From positions 27,421-91,420 of the forward strand of contig CAWGSE010000016.1 in the NCBI GenBank assembly GCA_963825205.1: a stretch of 64,000 bases of DNA. The letters run 5' to 3'. Shown here one piece after another: positions 39,118 to 50,050 of this stretch. Within the stretch, counting starts at the first letter, position 1. Every line of letters starts with the position of its first letter. Source of the DNA: an uncultured Acidobacteriota bacterium. GTDB lineage: Bacteria > Acidobacteriota > Terriglobia > Terriglobales > Acidobacteriaceae. The notes beneath the pieces were generated by a model. That model worked only from the letters and a program-made list of their open reading frames with translations, searched no databases and was not told the origin of the DNA. The position numbers were made by a program, and so were the translations under genes.

Positions 39118-41922
39118 TCAATCTGCAGCTTTCGAGAGTGGGCTCTCTTCCGCCGTTTCTCCCCGCAATTCGTGCCACAGATCGACCACCCGTTCCTTTA
39201 CCTGGGCAATAAGTCGCGCATAAGCTTCCTCCGACGCTTCCGCCTCGGGTGGCGGGTAAATCGGATCGCCGAACTTCATCTTTAACGGAGCAAATTTCTG
39301 GAAGCGCTTCCCGCGCGGCCAGGCTTCGTAGAAGCCATCGATCGCAATGGGAACGATGGGTACCTGCAGGTGCAGGGAAAGGATGGCTGCGCCCTTCTTG
39401 AAGGTTCGCGGTGTTCCATCGATGCTGCGCTCGCCCTCCGGGTAGAGGATGAGGTTGCGCCCGTGCCGCAGGCCGAAGGCGCCAGCCCGCATCGCCGGGA
39501 GCAGGTTAGCGTCCGGATCGACCACCACCACCCGCACTGCCCGGGCCAACTTCCGCATCAATCCAGCCCCGAAGATTTCGCTGGTGCCGACCGCGAACGA
39601 ATTGACGAACGCATCATGCGGCAGCACCGCCGACAGCACCACCGGATCCAGATAGCTCTGATGGTTCGAGGAGAGGATGAAGGTGCCTTCCTTCGGCAGC
39701 TTCTCCAGGCCGGAATATTTCAGCTGGAAGCGATCCCTGGCGATCACCTGGAAGACCCGCGTGACGAAGTACCAGAAGGCCTCGACCACCGGGTGAGGTT
39801 TTGCCAGCTCGAGAACGTCGGGATCGTCCGGGTCTTCGCGCAGCACCGCGCTCCAGCCGGCAAACTGCGCGCGCGAGATGGTCTTGCCGCTGGCGGAGCT
39901 CTCCAGAACCGCGTTCACCAGGTCGCGGACGGTATAGATTTCGGAGAGCTGGCCTTCTTCCACGTCTCCGCCCAGCTCCTTCTCGAGCCCGACCAGCAGC
40001 TCCACGCGCTGCATGGAGTCGAAGCCGAGGTCGAGTTCGAGATTGTCGGTGGGCCGGATCGTCTCCGGGGCATTGCGGGCGTTTTCGCGAATGATCTTCA
40101 GCCCGCGCTGGACGTTGGGCTGCTCGAGCCAGTCCTCGTCCTCGGGCGTCATGGAGCGCTCGGCGGCAACCTCCGCTTCACCCGAGAGTCCGCGCTTCTG
40201 GTTCGCCCGCACGCGCTTCTCGATTTCGAAGCGCTTCAGCTTGCGAGTGGTGGTGCGGGGCAGGTCCTCCTGCCAGATCTCGTAGCTTCCGATGCGCTTG
40301 GTCGACGCCATCTGCTGCGACAGGCCTTCGATGTCGAAGCGGATCACTTCCTTCGCGTTGACGATCTTGCGTTCCTTGAGCACGTCGAAGTTCGGCACCA
40401 CCACCGCGTACAGGCGCTCCGAACTGGGATCGCCCGGCTTGGCTTCGAGGCCCATCACGCAAATTTCCTTGATGAAGGGTGACTTCAGGTAGTGCCCCTC
40501 AATCTCTTCCGGATAAATGTTCTTCCCATTGGCGAGGACGATGAGTTCCTTGCGGCGCCCGGTGATGAACAGGTTGCCGCCCGAGTCGAAATATCCCAGG
40601 TCGCCGGTGTACAGCCAGCCGTCTTTGAGTGCTTCCGCGGTCGCGTCCGGACGGTTCCAGTAACCCTTCATGACGATCGCCCCGCGAATGACGATTTCGC
40701 CCGCCGGCTGGCCGCCTTCTTCCTGGGGCTGCGGGTCGAGGATTTTCGCTTCCACCGTCGGCAACGGCGGCCCTACCGACCCGATGATCACGTGCCCGGG
40801 CGGGTTGAGGAAGGCAGCGGCGGAAGTCTCCGTCAGGCCGTACGCGTTCAGCAGGTCGATGCCGAAGTCGTGAAAATCCCGCGCCACGACAGGATCGAAG
40901 CGTGAGCCGCCGGTAATGAGGTAGCGCATGTCCTTGCCCAGGGTGGCGTGAATCTTCCCGAAAAACAGCTTGCCCGCATTGAGCCCGAATTTGCGCAGGA
41001 AACCATTCACGCGCATCAGGTAGCGCAGCACCGACTCGGCGATTCTCCCGCGCTTGCCGACTTCTTTAAAAATACGCTCGTGGATCAGGTAGAAGAACTG
41101 CGGCACCACGGCGAAGATGGTGATCTGGCGCTCCTGCAGCGCCCGCAGCAGTTCCGTGGTGTTCAGAGTTTCGAGGTAGACCACGCGTGCGCCTTTCACC
41201 AGCGGCAGCAGCAGGTTCGCCATCTGCGCCAGCACGTGGAACATGGGGAGAATGCCCAGCACGGCGTCGGTCGGGCCGACCTGCAGCAAGCCGAAAACCG
41301 CATTCACTTCGCCCAGCAGGTTGGCATGGGTCAGTTCCACGCCCTTGGGATCCGCGGTCGTGCCCGAGGTGTAGAGCAGGGCCGCGACGTTATCCGCCGG
41401 TGCTTCCACCGCGCGGAAGTTGCCGGGGCCGGCCGCGAAGATAGCGTCCAGGTCCGAGATCCAATGCGGCGGGGCCGCGTTTTGCTTTTCTGGGGCCTTT
41501 TCTGCGCCTGCTTTCAAGGAGCCTGGGTCGATGAGGATCAGCTCGACGCCCAGTCCGGCGACCGCTTCCTGCGCCGTCGCGAGATGCTTCCCGTCGGTGA
41601 CCAGCAGGGTAGCGCCGCTGTTGTTCAGGAGCTTGGCGACCTGGTCGGCGTGGAAGGCGGTGTCGAGCGGCACCGCGGTGTAGCCGGCGGCAATGGCTCC
41701 CAGGTACGTCGCCACCCAGCGCGGATGGTTGTCGGCGAAGATGGCGACGCGCGCGCCCGCGGGCAACTTCTTCTCCGTCAGCCAGCGCCCCACGGATTCG
41801 GCCATCTTGCGGGTCTCGGCGTAGGTGCAGCTCTCGACCTGCTCCTTGCGCTGGATCTCAAGCGCAATCTTCTGGGGCCCGCGCTGTTCGGCTTCAACAA
41901 ACTGATCGTAGAAAGTGGGCAT
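39118..41922 (-). CDS. Tri-domain protein: AMP-dependent acyl synthetase, carrier (PP-binding) domain and PlsC-type acyltransferase (Aas-like, reversed domain order)
   Basis: Start placed at ATG 41922 (MPTFYDQFVEAEQ). AMP-binding motifs LLYTSGTTADPKGV and YTGDLG. Carrier motif LGFDSMQRVEL. Acyltransferase motifs SNHQSYLDP and YPEGERS. Confidence 0.85.
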   Translation of the reverse strand: MPTFYDQFVEAEQRGPQKIALEIQRKEQVESCTYAETRKMAESVGRWLTEKKLPAGARVAIFADNHPRWVATYLGAIAAGYTAVPLDTAFHADQVAKLLNNSGATLLVTDGKHLATAQEAVAGLGVELILIDPGSLKAGAEKAPEKQNAAPPHWISDLDAIFAAGPGNFRAVEAPADNVAALLYTSGTTADPKGVELTHANLLGEVNAVFGLLQVGPTDAVLGILPMFHVLAQMANLLLPLVKGARVVYLETLNTTELLRALQERQITIFAVVPQFFYLIHERIFKEVGKRGRIAESVLRYLMRVNGFLRKFGLNAGKLFFGKIHATLGKDMRYLITGGSRFDPVVARDFHDFGIDLLNAYGLTETSAAAFLNPPGHVIIGSVGPPLPTVEAKILDPQPQEEGGQPAGEIVIRGAIVMKGYWNRPDATAEALKDGWLYTGDLGYFDSGGNLFITGRRKELIVLANGKNIYPEEIEGHYLKSPFIKEICVMGLEAKPGDPSSERLYAVVVPNFDVLKERKIVNAKEVIRFDIEGLSQQMASTKRIGSYEIWQEDLPRTTTRKLKRFEIEKRVRANQKRGLSGEAEVAAERSMTPEDEDWLEQPNVQRGLKIIRENARNAPETIRPTDNLELDLGFDSMQRVELLVGLEKELGGDVEEGQLSEIYTVRDLVNAVLESSASGKTISRAQFAGWSAVLREDPDDPDVLELAKPHPVVEAFWYFVTRVFQVIARDRFQLKYSGLEKLPKEGTFILSSNHQSYLDPVVLSAVLPHDAFVNSFAVGTSEIFGAGLMRKLARAVRVVVVDPDANLLPAMRAGAFGLRHGRNLILYPEGERSIDGTPRTFKKGAAILSLHLQVPIVPIAIDGFYEAWPRGKRFQKFAPLKMKFGDPIYPPPEAEASEEAYARLIAQVKERVVDLWHELRGETAEESPLSKAAD

Positions 41923-42044
41923 GAGGGGCGGGGAAAATATACCTGAAGCCAAAGCCGGCCGGAAGCCTATCGCTGCTCGGAGAGGACCCTTTAAAATCAA
42001 TGGTTTGTATTCGCGCAAAACAGGCATGTCTTTACACTGAAATC

Positions 42045-42278
42045 GTGTACACTATATTCGTGCGAAACATAACCTTCAGCGCCGACCCAAACGCCATTGA
42101 GCGCGCTCGCGAGGTCGCCCGCGCCGAGCACAAAACCCTGAACGACGCGTTTCGGGAGTGGCTTGATTGGTATGCCTCCCGCACTGTCACCAGACAAGAG
42201 ATCGAAGCACTGTTCGAGAAATTGAGATACGCGGACGCTGGTCGGAAGTTCACGCGGGACGAGATGAATGAACGCTAA
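42045..42278 (+). CDS. VapB-type antitoxin (start uncertain)
   Basis: Small ORF overlapping the PIN toxin gene by 11 nt. Possible GTG starts at 42045 or 42060. The palindrome TACAC-N7-GTGTA at 42038-42054 is a possible operator. Confidence 0.6.
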   Translation: MYTIFVRNITFSADPNAIERAREVARAEHKTLNDAFREWLDWYASRTVTRQEIEALFEKLRYADAGRKFTRDEMNER

Positions 42279-42690
42279 AAGCTTTTTGGACACGAACGTG
42301 ATTGTTTATGCCTTCGACCGAACCAGTCCCAAAAAAGCCAAGGTTGCGCAGCGCTTGATTGCCGAAGGGGTCGCCGAGAAGCGAGCCATGGTCAGTTATC
42401 AAGTGGTTCAGGAATTCATCAATGTTGCGCTCCGCGGATTTCGGGTATCTATAGCGCGCTCTGACCTGGAGTCTTTCGTCCTTACCGCGCTGTTTCCCAT
42501 GGCGGCGGTATCTTGGTCGCCAGCGCTGACAATGCAAGGGCTGCGAATGCAAGCCGCGCACCAGTTTGGCTGGTATGACTCGCTCATCATCGCCGCGGCT
42601 CTGCAGGGAGGTTGCAAAGTCCTTTACAGCGAGGACATGCAACATGGGCAGCGACTGGGTGATCTGGTTGTAGAAAACCCGTTCCTATAG
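42268..42690 (+). CDS. vapC: PIN-domain toxin VapC
   Basis: FLDTNVIVYAF, QEF, YDSLIIAAA and SED acidic positions match a PIN domain. Confidence 0.85.
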   Translation: MNAKSFLDTNVIVYAFDRTSPKKAKVAQRLIAEGVAEKRAMVSYQVVQEFINVALRGFRVSIARSDLESFVLTALFPMAAVSWSPALTMQGLRMQAAHQFGWYDSLIIAAALQGGCKVLYSEDMQHGQRLGDLVVENPFL

Positions 42691-42792
42691 CAGAGTGGTA
42701 CACGTGCGCCAACCATTTCGCCGGCATCCAATATGCTAGGCTTAAATAGTTTTATACTATGGGGTACGTGTCCCCTCTGAAGGAAACCAGAT

Positions 42793-45818
<3,026 letters not shown>

Positions 45819-45996
45819 CAATCCACGGGAAGCCTGAACTGCACAACATTTTAGATTTCTCGCCCCGCGGTTGAGCCCAACGCGTCCTGAAACGGCACCC
45901 GTTTCCAGCCGCCGCGAAGCGCTCCGCCACAAAACTTCCGCCACCGGCTCCAATCGGAACTAAAATGGAAGAGCAGGCAGTGCGGGAGGTTTCCCC

Positions 45997-46440
45997 ATGA
46001 TTGCACTTCGCCTTGTCCACCTGATCGAGAGCCACTCCGAAGAACTGGCGGAAGGACTCACCAAAAAACTGCTTTCCTCCGAACGCACCCGCGATCTGCG
46101 CAAGGTGCCGGCCGATGAGTTGCATCATCGCTGTCATGAGATTTACCGCAATCTCAGCGACTGGCTCCTGAACAAAACCGAGCACGATATCGAAAGCGTG
46201 TACAAGGCTCTCGGAGCTCGCCGCGCAGGCCAGGGAGTGTCGGGTGCCTGTCTGACCTGGGCCATCCTGCTCACCAAGGAGCATCTGTGGACCTTTCTGG
46301 AGTGGGAAGGCGTGCACGGCGGCCTGCACAATGTTTTCGGAGAACTCGAGTTGCTGAGGCTGCTCGATCAATTCTTTGACCGGGCTGTCTACTACGCGGC
46401 GGAAGGGTACGAGGAAGCCATCGCGTCGCGGGTGGCATGA
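45997..46440 (+). CDS. Hypothetical all-helical protein (147 aa)
   Basis: ORF track. GGGAGG upstream. No family recognised with confidence. Confidence 0.55.
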   Translation: MIALRLVHLIESHSEELAEGLTKKLLSSERTRDLRKVPADELHHRCHEIYRNLSDWLLNKTEHDIESVYKALGARRAGQGVSGACLTWAILLTKEHLWTFLEWEGVHGGLHNVFGELELLRLLDQFFDRAVYYAAEGYEEAIASRVA

Positions 46441-46446
46441 GGGCAC

Positions 46447-46508
46447 AAGCTTTTTACCGCAGAGATCGCAGAGAAGGCCGCAGAGGACGCGGAGAAAACT
46501 CTTAACCG
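46447..46508. repeat. CCGCAGAG/GCGGAGAA-type repeat arm (left arm of an inverted pair)
   Basis: AAGCTTTTTACCGCAGAGATCGCAGAGAAGGCCGCAGAGGACGCGGAGAAAACTCTTAACCG matches the reverse complement of 46873-46935. Confidence 0.85.
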
Positions 46509-46579
46509 TTCAATTGCGTGACACCCGAGCTCGTGAAGGCCACCGGCTGCGAGTGCTGCTAAATCCCTCCGATCTGGAA

Positions 46580-46789
46580 GCTGTTGTGCGGTAGCTGCCG
46601 TGATTGAGCTGCCGTGATTGAGCTGCCGTGATTGAGCTGCCGTGATTGAACTGCCGTGATTGAGCCGCTGTGATTGAGCCGCTGTGATTGAGCTGCTGTG
46701 ATGTAGCTGCTGTGATGTAGCTGCTGTGATGGAAATGCTGTAATGGAAATGCTGTAATGGAAATGCTGTAATGGAAATGCTCTGTCCCT
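46580..46789. repeat. 14-bp tandem repeat array (13 clear units plus degenerate end units)
   Basis: Units from 46594: 4x GCTGCCGTGATTGA, ACTGCCGTGATTGA, 2x GCCGCTGTGATTGA, 2x GCTGCTGTGATGTA, GCTGCTGTGATGGA, 3x AATGCTGTAATGGA. Confidence 0.95.
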
Positions 46790-46872
46790 GCACTCGCAAG
46801 GGGAATTCGCTCGCTGAGCCTGCGTTCCCGGGGAAGTGCTGTTCATGCCTTAGCCCACTGGGTTTGCCTTAG

Positions 46873-46935
46873 CGGTTAAAGGATTTTCTCAGCGCCCTCT
46901 GCGAAGCCTCCGCGCCCTCTGCGGTAAAAGCTTTT
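46873..46935. repeat. CCGCAGAG/GCGGAGAA-type repeat arm (right arm, inverted)
   Basis: CGGTTAAAGGATTTTCTCAGCGCCCTCTGCGAAGCCTCCGCGCCCTCTGCGGTAAAAGCTTTT. It overlaps the last ~15 codons of the CYTH gene. Confidence 0.85.
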
Positions 46936-47494
46936 GCCCGCCGCCAATCGCCCGAAACGTCATTTCCATAGCGGAACTCCGGCTCTCGCGCTTCCATTTG
47001 AAAAATAAACCCGCGTACGTGTCAGCGATGTAGTCCTGGGTCGAGATTCCCAGGAGTTTCGCAGTACGGTCTATCCACCGCGCCGGCCCTTCGATCTCGC
47101 CGAATTCTCCAATCGGCGTCACATCCAGCACCAACTGGCCCCGCCCGTCGCTCCACTCCGCCCGGAGCTTCTCGTAACGGAAGCTCGGCCGGAACCGCAG
47201 CGCCAGCAGAATGGCCTCCATCTTCTCGCCGTCGGCCACTTTGGTTTCGGTTTCCATGCGTGTTTTGTGGCGGCCCACCGTGCCCTTCGCCTTGTGCGTC
47301 AGCACCCAATCCTTCCCGTATTTGCGAAGCCGCAGCAGCTCGCCGCGCTTGCGCAGGGGCTGTCCCGGCAAATCGTAAAGCGTGTTCATTTCATGAGTGC
47401 GCGGCGTGACCAGTCGAAACTTCGCCGCCCGCAGCCGGCGTGTGAGTGCACGCAAGTTTGTAATCCGAAACTTGATCTCGATTTCTTTGGGCAT
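46889..47494 (-). CDS. CYTH domain protein (CyaB-like class IV adenylate cyclase / triphosphatase fold)
   Basis: N-terminal MPKEIEIKFRI (ExExK). The C-terminal tail QKLLPQRARRLRRGR is encoded by the repeat arm. Confidence 0.8.
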   Translation of the reverse strand: MPKEIEIKFRITNLRALTRRLRAAKFRLVTPRTHEMNTLYDLPGQPLRKRGELLRLRKYGKDWVLTHKAKGTVGRHKTRMETETKVADGEKMEAILLALRFRPSFRYEKLRAEWSDGRGQLVLDVTPIGEFGEIEGPARWIDRTAKLLGISTQDYIADTYAGLFFKWKRESRSSAMEMTFRAIGGGQKLLPQRARRLRRGR

Positions 47495-47502
47495 GGGGAC
47501 AA

Positions 47503-47647
47503 GGCTCTAGGCTTTAGGCTCTCGCAACTTTTCCGGCTGCGCCAACAGAATTTCACATTGCGCGTTGCGAGCCAGAAGCGGCCGCAAAACACGAGAGCCA
47601 GAGCCTAGAGCCTAGAGCCTAAGCCTAAAGCCTAGAGTCCAAAGCCC
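47503..47647. repeat. Composite hairpin repeat with 7-nt GGCTYTA-type arms
   Basis: The left arm GGCTCTAGGCTTTAGGCTCTCG pairs with the right arm CGAGAGCCAGAGCCTAGAGCCTAGAGCCTAAGCCTAAAGCCTAGAG. An inner 8-bp stem CTCGCAAC/GTTGCGAG is also present. It lies between the DedA-rhodanese stop and the CYTH start. Confidence 0.8.
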
Positions 47648-47653
47648 GCCCTG

Positions 47654-48634
47654 CTAACCAAACGTCGGCAACTTCACCAGATCCTCGCGCGGCACCGACT
47701 CCAGCGGTTGTCCCGCCTTGCGCCACGCCGCCAGCCCGCCGACAATGATAAACGCGTTGAATCCCTTTTCCCGCAGCATGTGCGCCACCCGGGCGCTGGT
47801 GCCTTCGCGCACTCAAGTGCAGTAGAGATAGATATCTCGATCCTTCGGAAGTTTCTTGAGTTCTTCCTCGAAGTTGTTGGGTTCGATGCGGATCGAGCCC
47901 TTGATGCGCGCCATCTCCGCGTCATAATAGCCGTGGCTGCGGACGTCCACCACCAAAACCCTCTCCGCTTCCGCCGAGGCCAGCTTCTCAATCAGTTCCT
48001 GCACCTGCACGCGCGGCACCACCCGGTACACTCGGTTCTTCCGGACCAGCCACAGCCGGTACGCGACGTACACCACGACGCCCACAAGCAGGACTTCTTC
48101 AATGGCACGTCCCGCGGTCTGGAAGGTGCGGCTGATGGCCTTGAGGAAGTCGCGACCCAGCAGCCCCAGCAGGAAATAGGCAAGCACGTACAGCGCGGCG
48201 CCCGCCAGGTCGAATCGCAGGAACTGGGAAAAGGGCATCTTCATGCTGCCCGCCAGGGGAGGCCCCATGGTGTTCACGCCGGGAATGAACTTGGCCACGA
48301 CCAGCGTGCTCTTGCCGCGCTTGTAGAACGACTCGGCGGAGCGCAGGATGCAGGTCTCGGGATTGGCCGACACTTTGCACAGGAATCCGAGAAGCGCCCA
48401 GCCCGAATGCCGGCCGGCAAAGAATAATAGGGTATCGCCCAGCACCATCGCGGCCAATGCGAGTGGCAACAGAACGGGAGCGCTCAACAGGTGCCCGGCG
48501 GCCGCCGCACCCGCGACAACCAGACCCAGGGCCGCGGGCACGGGTAGCCCAATCGCCTCCGCGAAGACCATCGCGACGACAATGCTGTATCCGTGCCGGG
48601 AGATCAACGAAACCAGGTCCGCCATGCGCTTCAA
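47654..48634 (-). CDS. DedA-family membrane domain fused to a rhodanese domain; in-frame TGA (47813-47815) at the expected catalytic Cys position, candidate selenocysteine
   Basis: ORF 47813..48634 ends ...KDRDIYLYCT-TGA. The same frame continues VREGTSARVAHMLREKGFNAFIIVGGLAAWRKAGQPLESVPREDLVKLPTFG to TAG 47654-47656, which completes the rhodanese domain. Confidence 0.6.
47780..47812 (-). promoter_or_regulatory. SECIS-like hairpin immediately 3' of the in-frame UGA
   Basis: The RNA can fold as GUGCGC-GAAGG-CACC-AGCGCCCG-GGUG-GCGCAC. An alternative fold is GCGCC-CGGGU-GGCGC, starting 16 nt after the UGA. Confidence 0.4.
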
Positions 48635-48750
48635 GCTAGATTAACGGGGATTGGAAGCGCAGTCCAGCCGGACGCAGGCCACGAAATGCGGAATCCGCGC
48701 CGGGTTCGCCATCATCCAACCAGAAAATCCATTCGTTCTTTCGAGGTGCT

Positions 48751-49152
48751 ATGTCCAGTTCAATAGCGACTGCCACACGCCGCCACATCAACCTTCCCGG
48801 CCGTACCTCGGCACTTCCTTTCAGCGATGCCGTGCTGGTGGGAGAGACACTTTACCTGGCTGGCCGGATCGGCCTCGACCCGGTGACCGGCCGCGCCCCC
48901 GCCGACGTGAGTGCCGAGATCCAACTGCTCCTCGATGGCGTCGAGGCCGTGCTGGCCGAGGCCGGCATGAAAATGGACGACCTGGTGTCGGTGCAGATAT
49001 TTTCTCCCGACCTTTCGCTGTGGGAGCCTTTCAACGCGGCGTATGTGAAGCGCTTTTCGAAAGAATTGCCGGCGCGGGCGTTTATCGGGTCCGGACCGTT
49101 GTTGCTGGGCGGGCGCTTCGAGTTGATTGGCATGGCGGTGCGAAGATCTTAA
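48751..49152 (+). CDS. RidA/YjgF family reactive-intermediate deaminase-like protein
   Basis: ORF track. FSDAVLVGETLYLAGRIGLDPVTG...ARAFIGSGPLLLGGRFELIGMA. The stop TAA lies inside the left terminal inverted repeat of the next element. Confidence 0.8.
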   Translation: MSSSIATATRRHINLPGRTSALPFSDAVLVGETLYLAGRIGLDPVTGRAPADVSAEIQLLLDGVEAVLAEAGMKMDDLVSVQIFSPDLSLWEPFNAAYVKRFSKELPARAFIGSGPLLLGGRFELIGMAVRRS

Positions 49153-49247
49153 ACCGCAGAGGGCGCGGAGAACGGCCGCAGAGCACGCAGAGAAACTCCC
49201 AGGAGAGTTCTGACACCGGGAAAGGTCCGAGGAAAAGCGCGGCCGCC

Positions 49248-49413
49248 TCAGCGATCTCTGCGGCAGTTCTCGGCGCACTCTGCGGTGGGCTCGTCTTCCC
49301 GATAGTCATTCACCATCCGCCGAACCCCGTCCCGCAACAGAACCACGTGGAAGTTGATCACCAGCCCAACCTGCAGGCCGAGCAGCCTGAGATGGGAGAG
49401 CAATTGTGCCTCG
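49248..49413 (-). pseudogene. 3' fragment of a GxxExxY gene created by a 244-bp tandem duplication
   Basis: ORF 49248..49553 contains HLVDEAQLLSHLRLLGLQVGLVINFHVVLLRDGVRRMVNDYREDEPTAECAENCRRDR, which duplicates the C-terminus of ORF 49492..49977. Confidence 0.8.
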
Positions 49414-49491
49414 TCAACCAGATGCTGGGAGCCTTCAAACTTCCAGGAGAGTTCTGACACCGGGAAAGGTCCGAGGAAAAGCGCGGCCGCC

Positions 49492-49914
49492 TCAGCGATC
49501 TCTGCGGCAGTTCTCGGCGCACTCTGCGGTGGGCTCGTCTTCCCGATAGTCATTCACCATCCGCCGAACCCCGTCCCGCAACAGAACCACGTGGAAGTTG
49601 AGCAGCAGCCCAACCTGCAGGCCGAGCAGCCTGAGATGGGAGAGCAATTGTGCCTCGTCAACCGGATGCAACTGATCCTTGCATTTCAATTCAACCACAA
49701 CCCGGCTATCTACCAGCAGATCCGCGCGAAACCCACACTCCAGCTTCACGCCTTCGTAAATTAAAGGCACACTCTTCTGTTGAATCACGCTGAGCCCTTG
49801 CGTCTTAAGTTCATAAGCGAGACACGCCTCATAGGCGGACTCCAGCAAGCCAGGACCGAGGCGGCGATGAATCTTGATTGCCGCTCCGATGATTCGATCG
49901 GTCAATTGAAACAT
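49492..49914 (-). CDS. GxxExxY family protein
   Basis: Start placed at ATG 49914 (MFQLTDRIIGAAIKIHRRLGPGLLESAYEACLAYELKTQG). The GLLESAY motif matches GxxExxY. The C-terminal tail is encoded by a repeat arm. Confidence 0.85.
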   Translation of the reverse strand: MFQLTDRIIGAAIKIHRRLGPGLLESAYEACLAYELKTQGLSVIQQKSVPLIYEGVKLECGFRADLLVDSRVVVELKCKDQLHPVDEAQLLSHLRLLGLQVGLLLNFHVVLLRDGVRRMVNDYREDEPTAECAENCRRDR

Positions 49915-50050
49915 CGGGATTCGGCCAGTCCGCTGCGAAATGGGCTGCAGGCTACGGGATGCAAGGGGAAGGCTCATGAAGCCGACGTTAGAGCAGGAAA
50001 TATGCGAGGTCTGTAACGGTTGTCACGCGAACACGTGAGCCCTTCTGGAT

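Noticed and set aside
46392-46846. Minus-strand ORFs (135 and 95 aa) across the 14-bp array, giving repetitive peptides such as SITAAQSRQLNHGSSITAAQ.
   Set aside because: They are open only because the reverse complement of the 14-mer lacks stops. A 14-bp period rotates the frame every unit, two frames are open at once, and the longer ORF overlaps the 3' end of the convergent gene. This is an artefact of the repeat.
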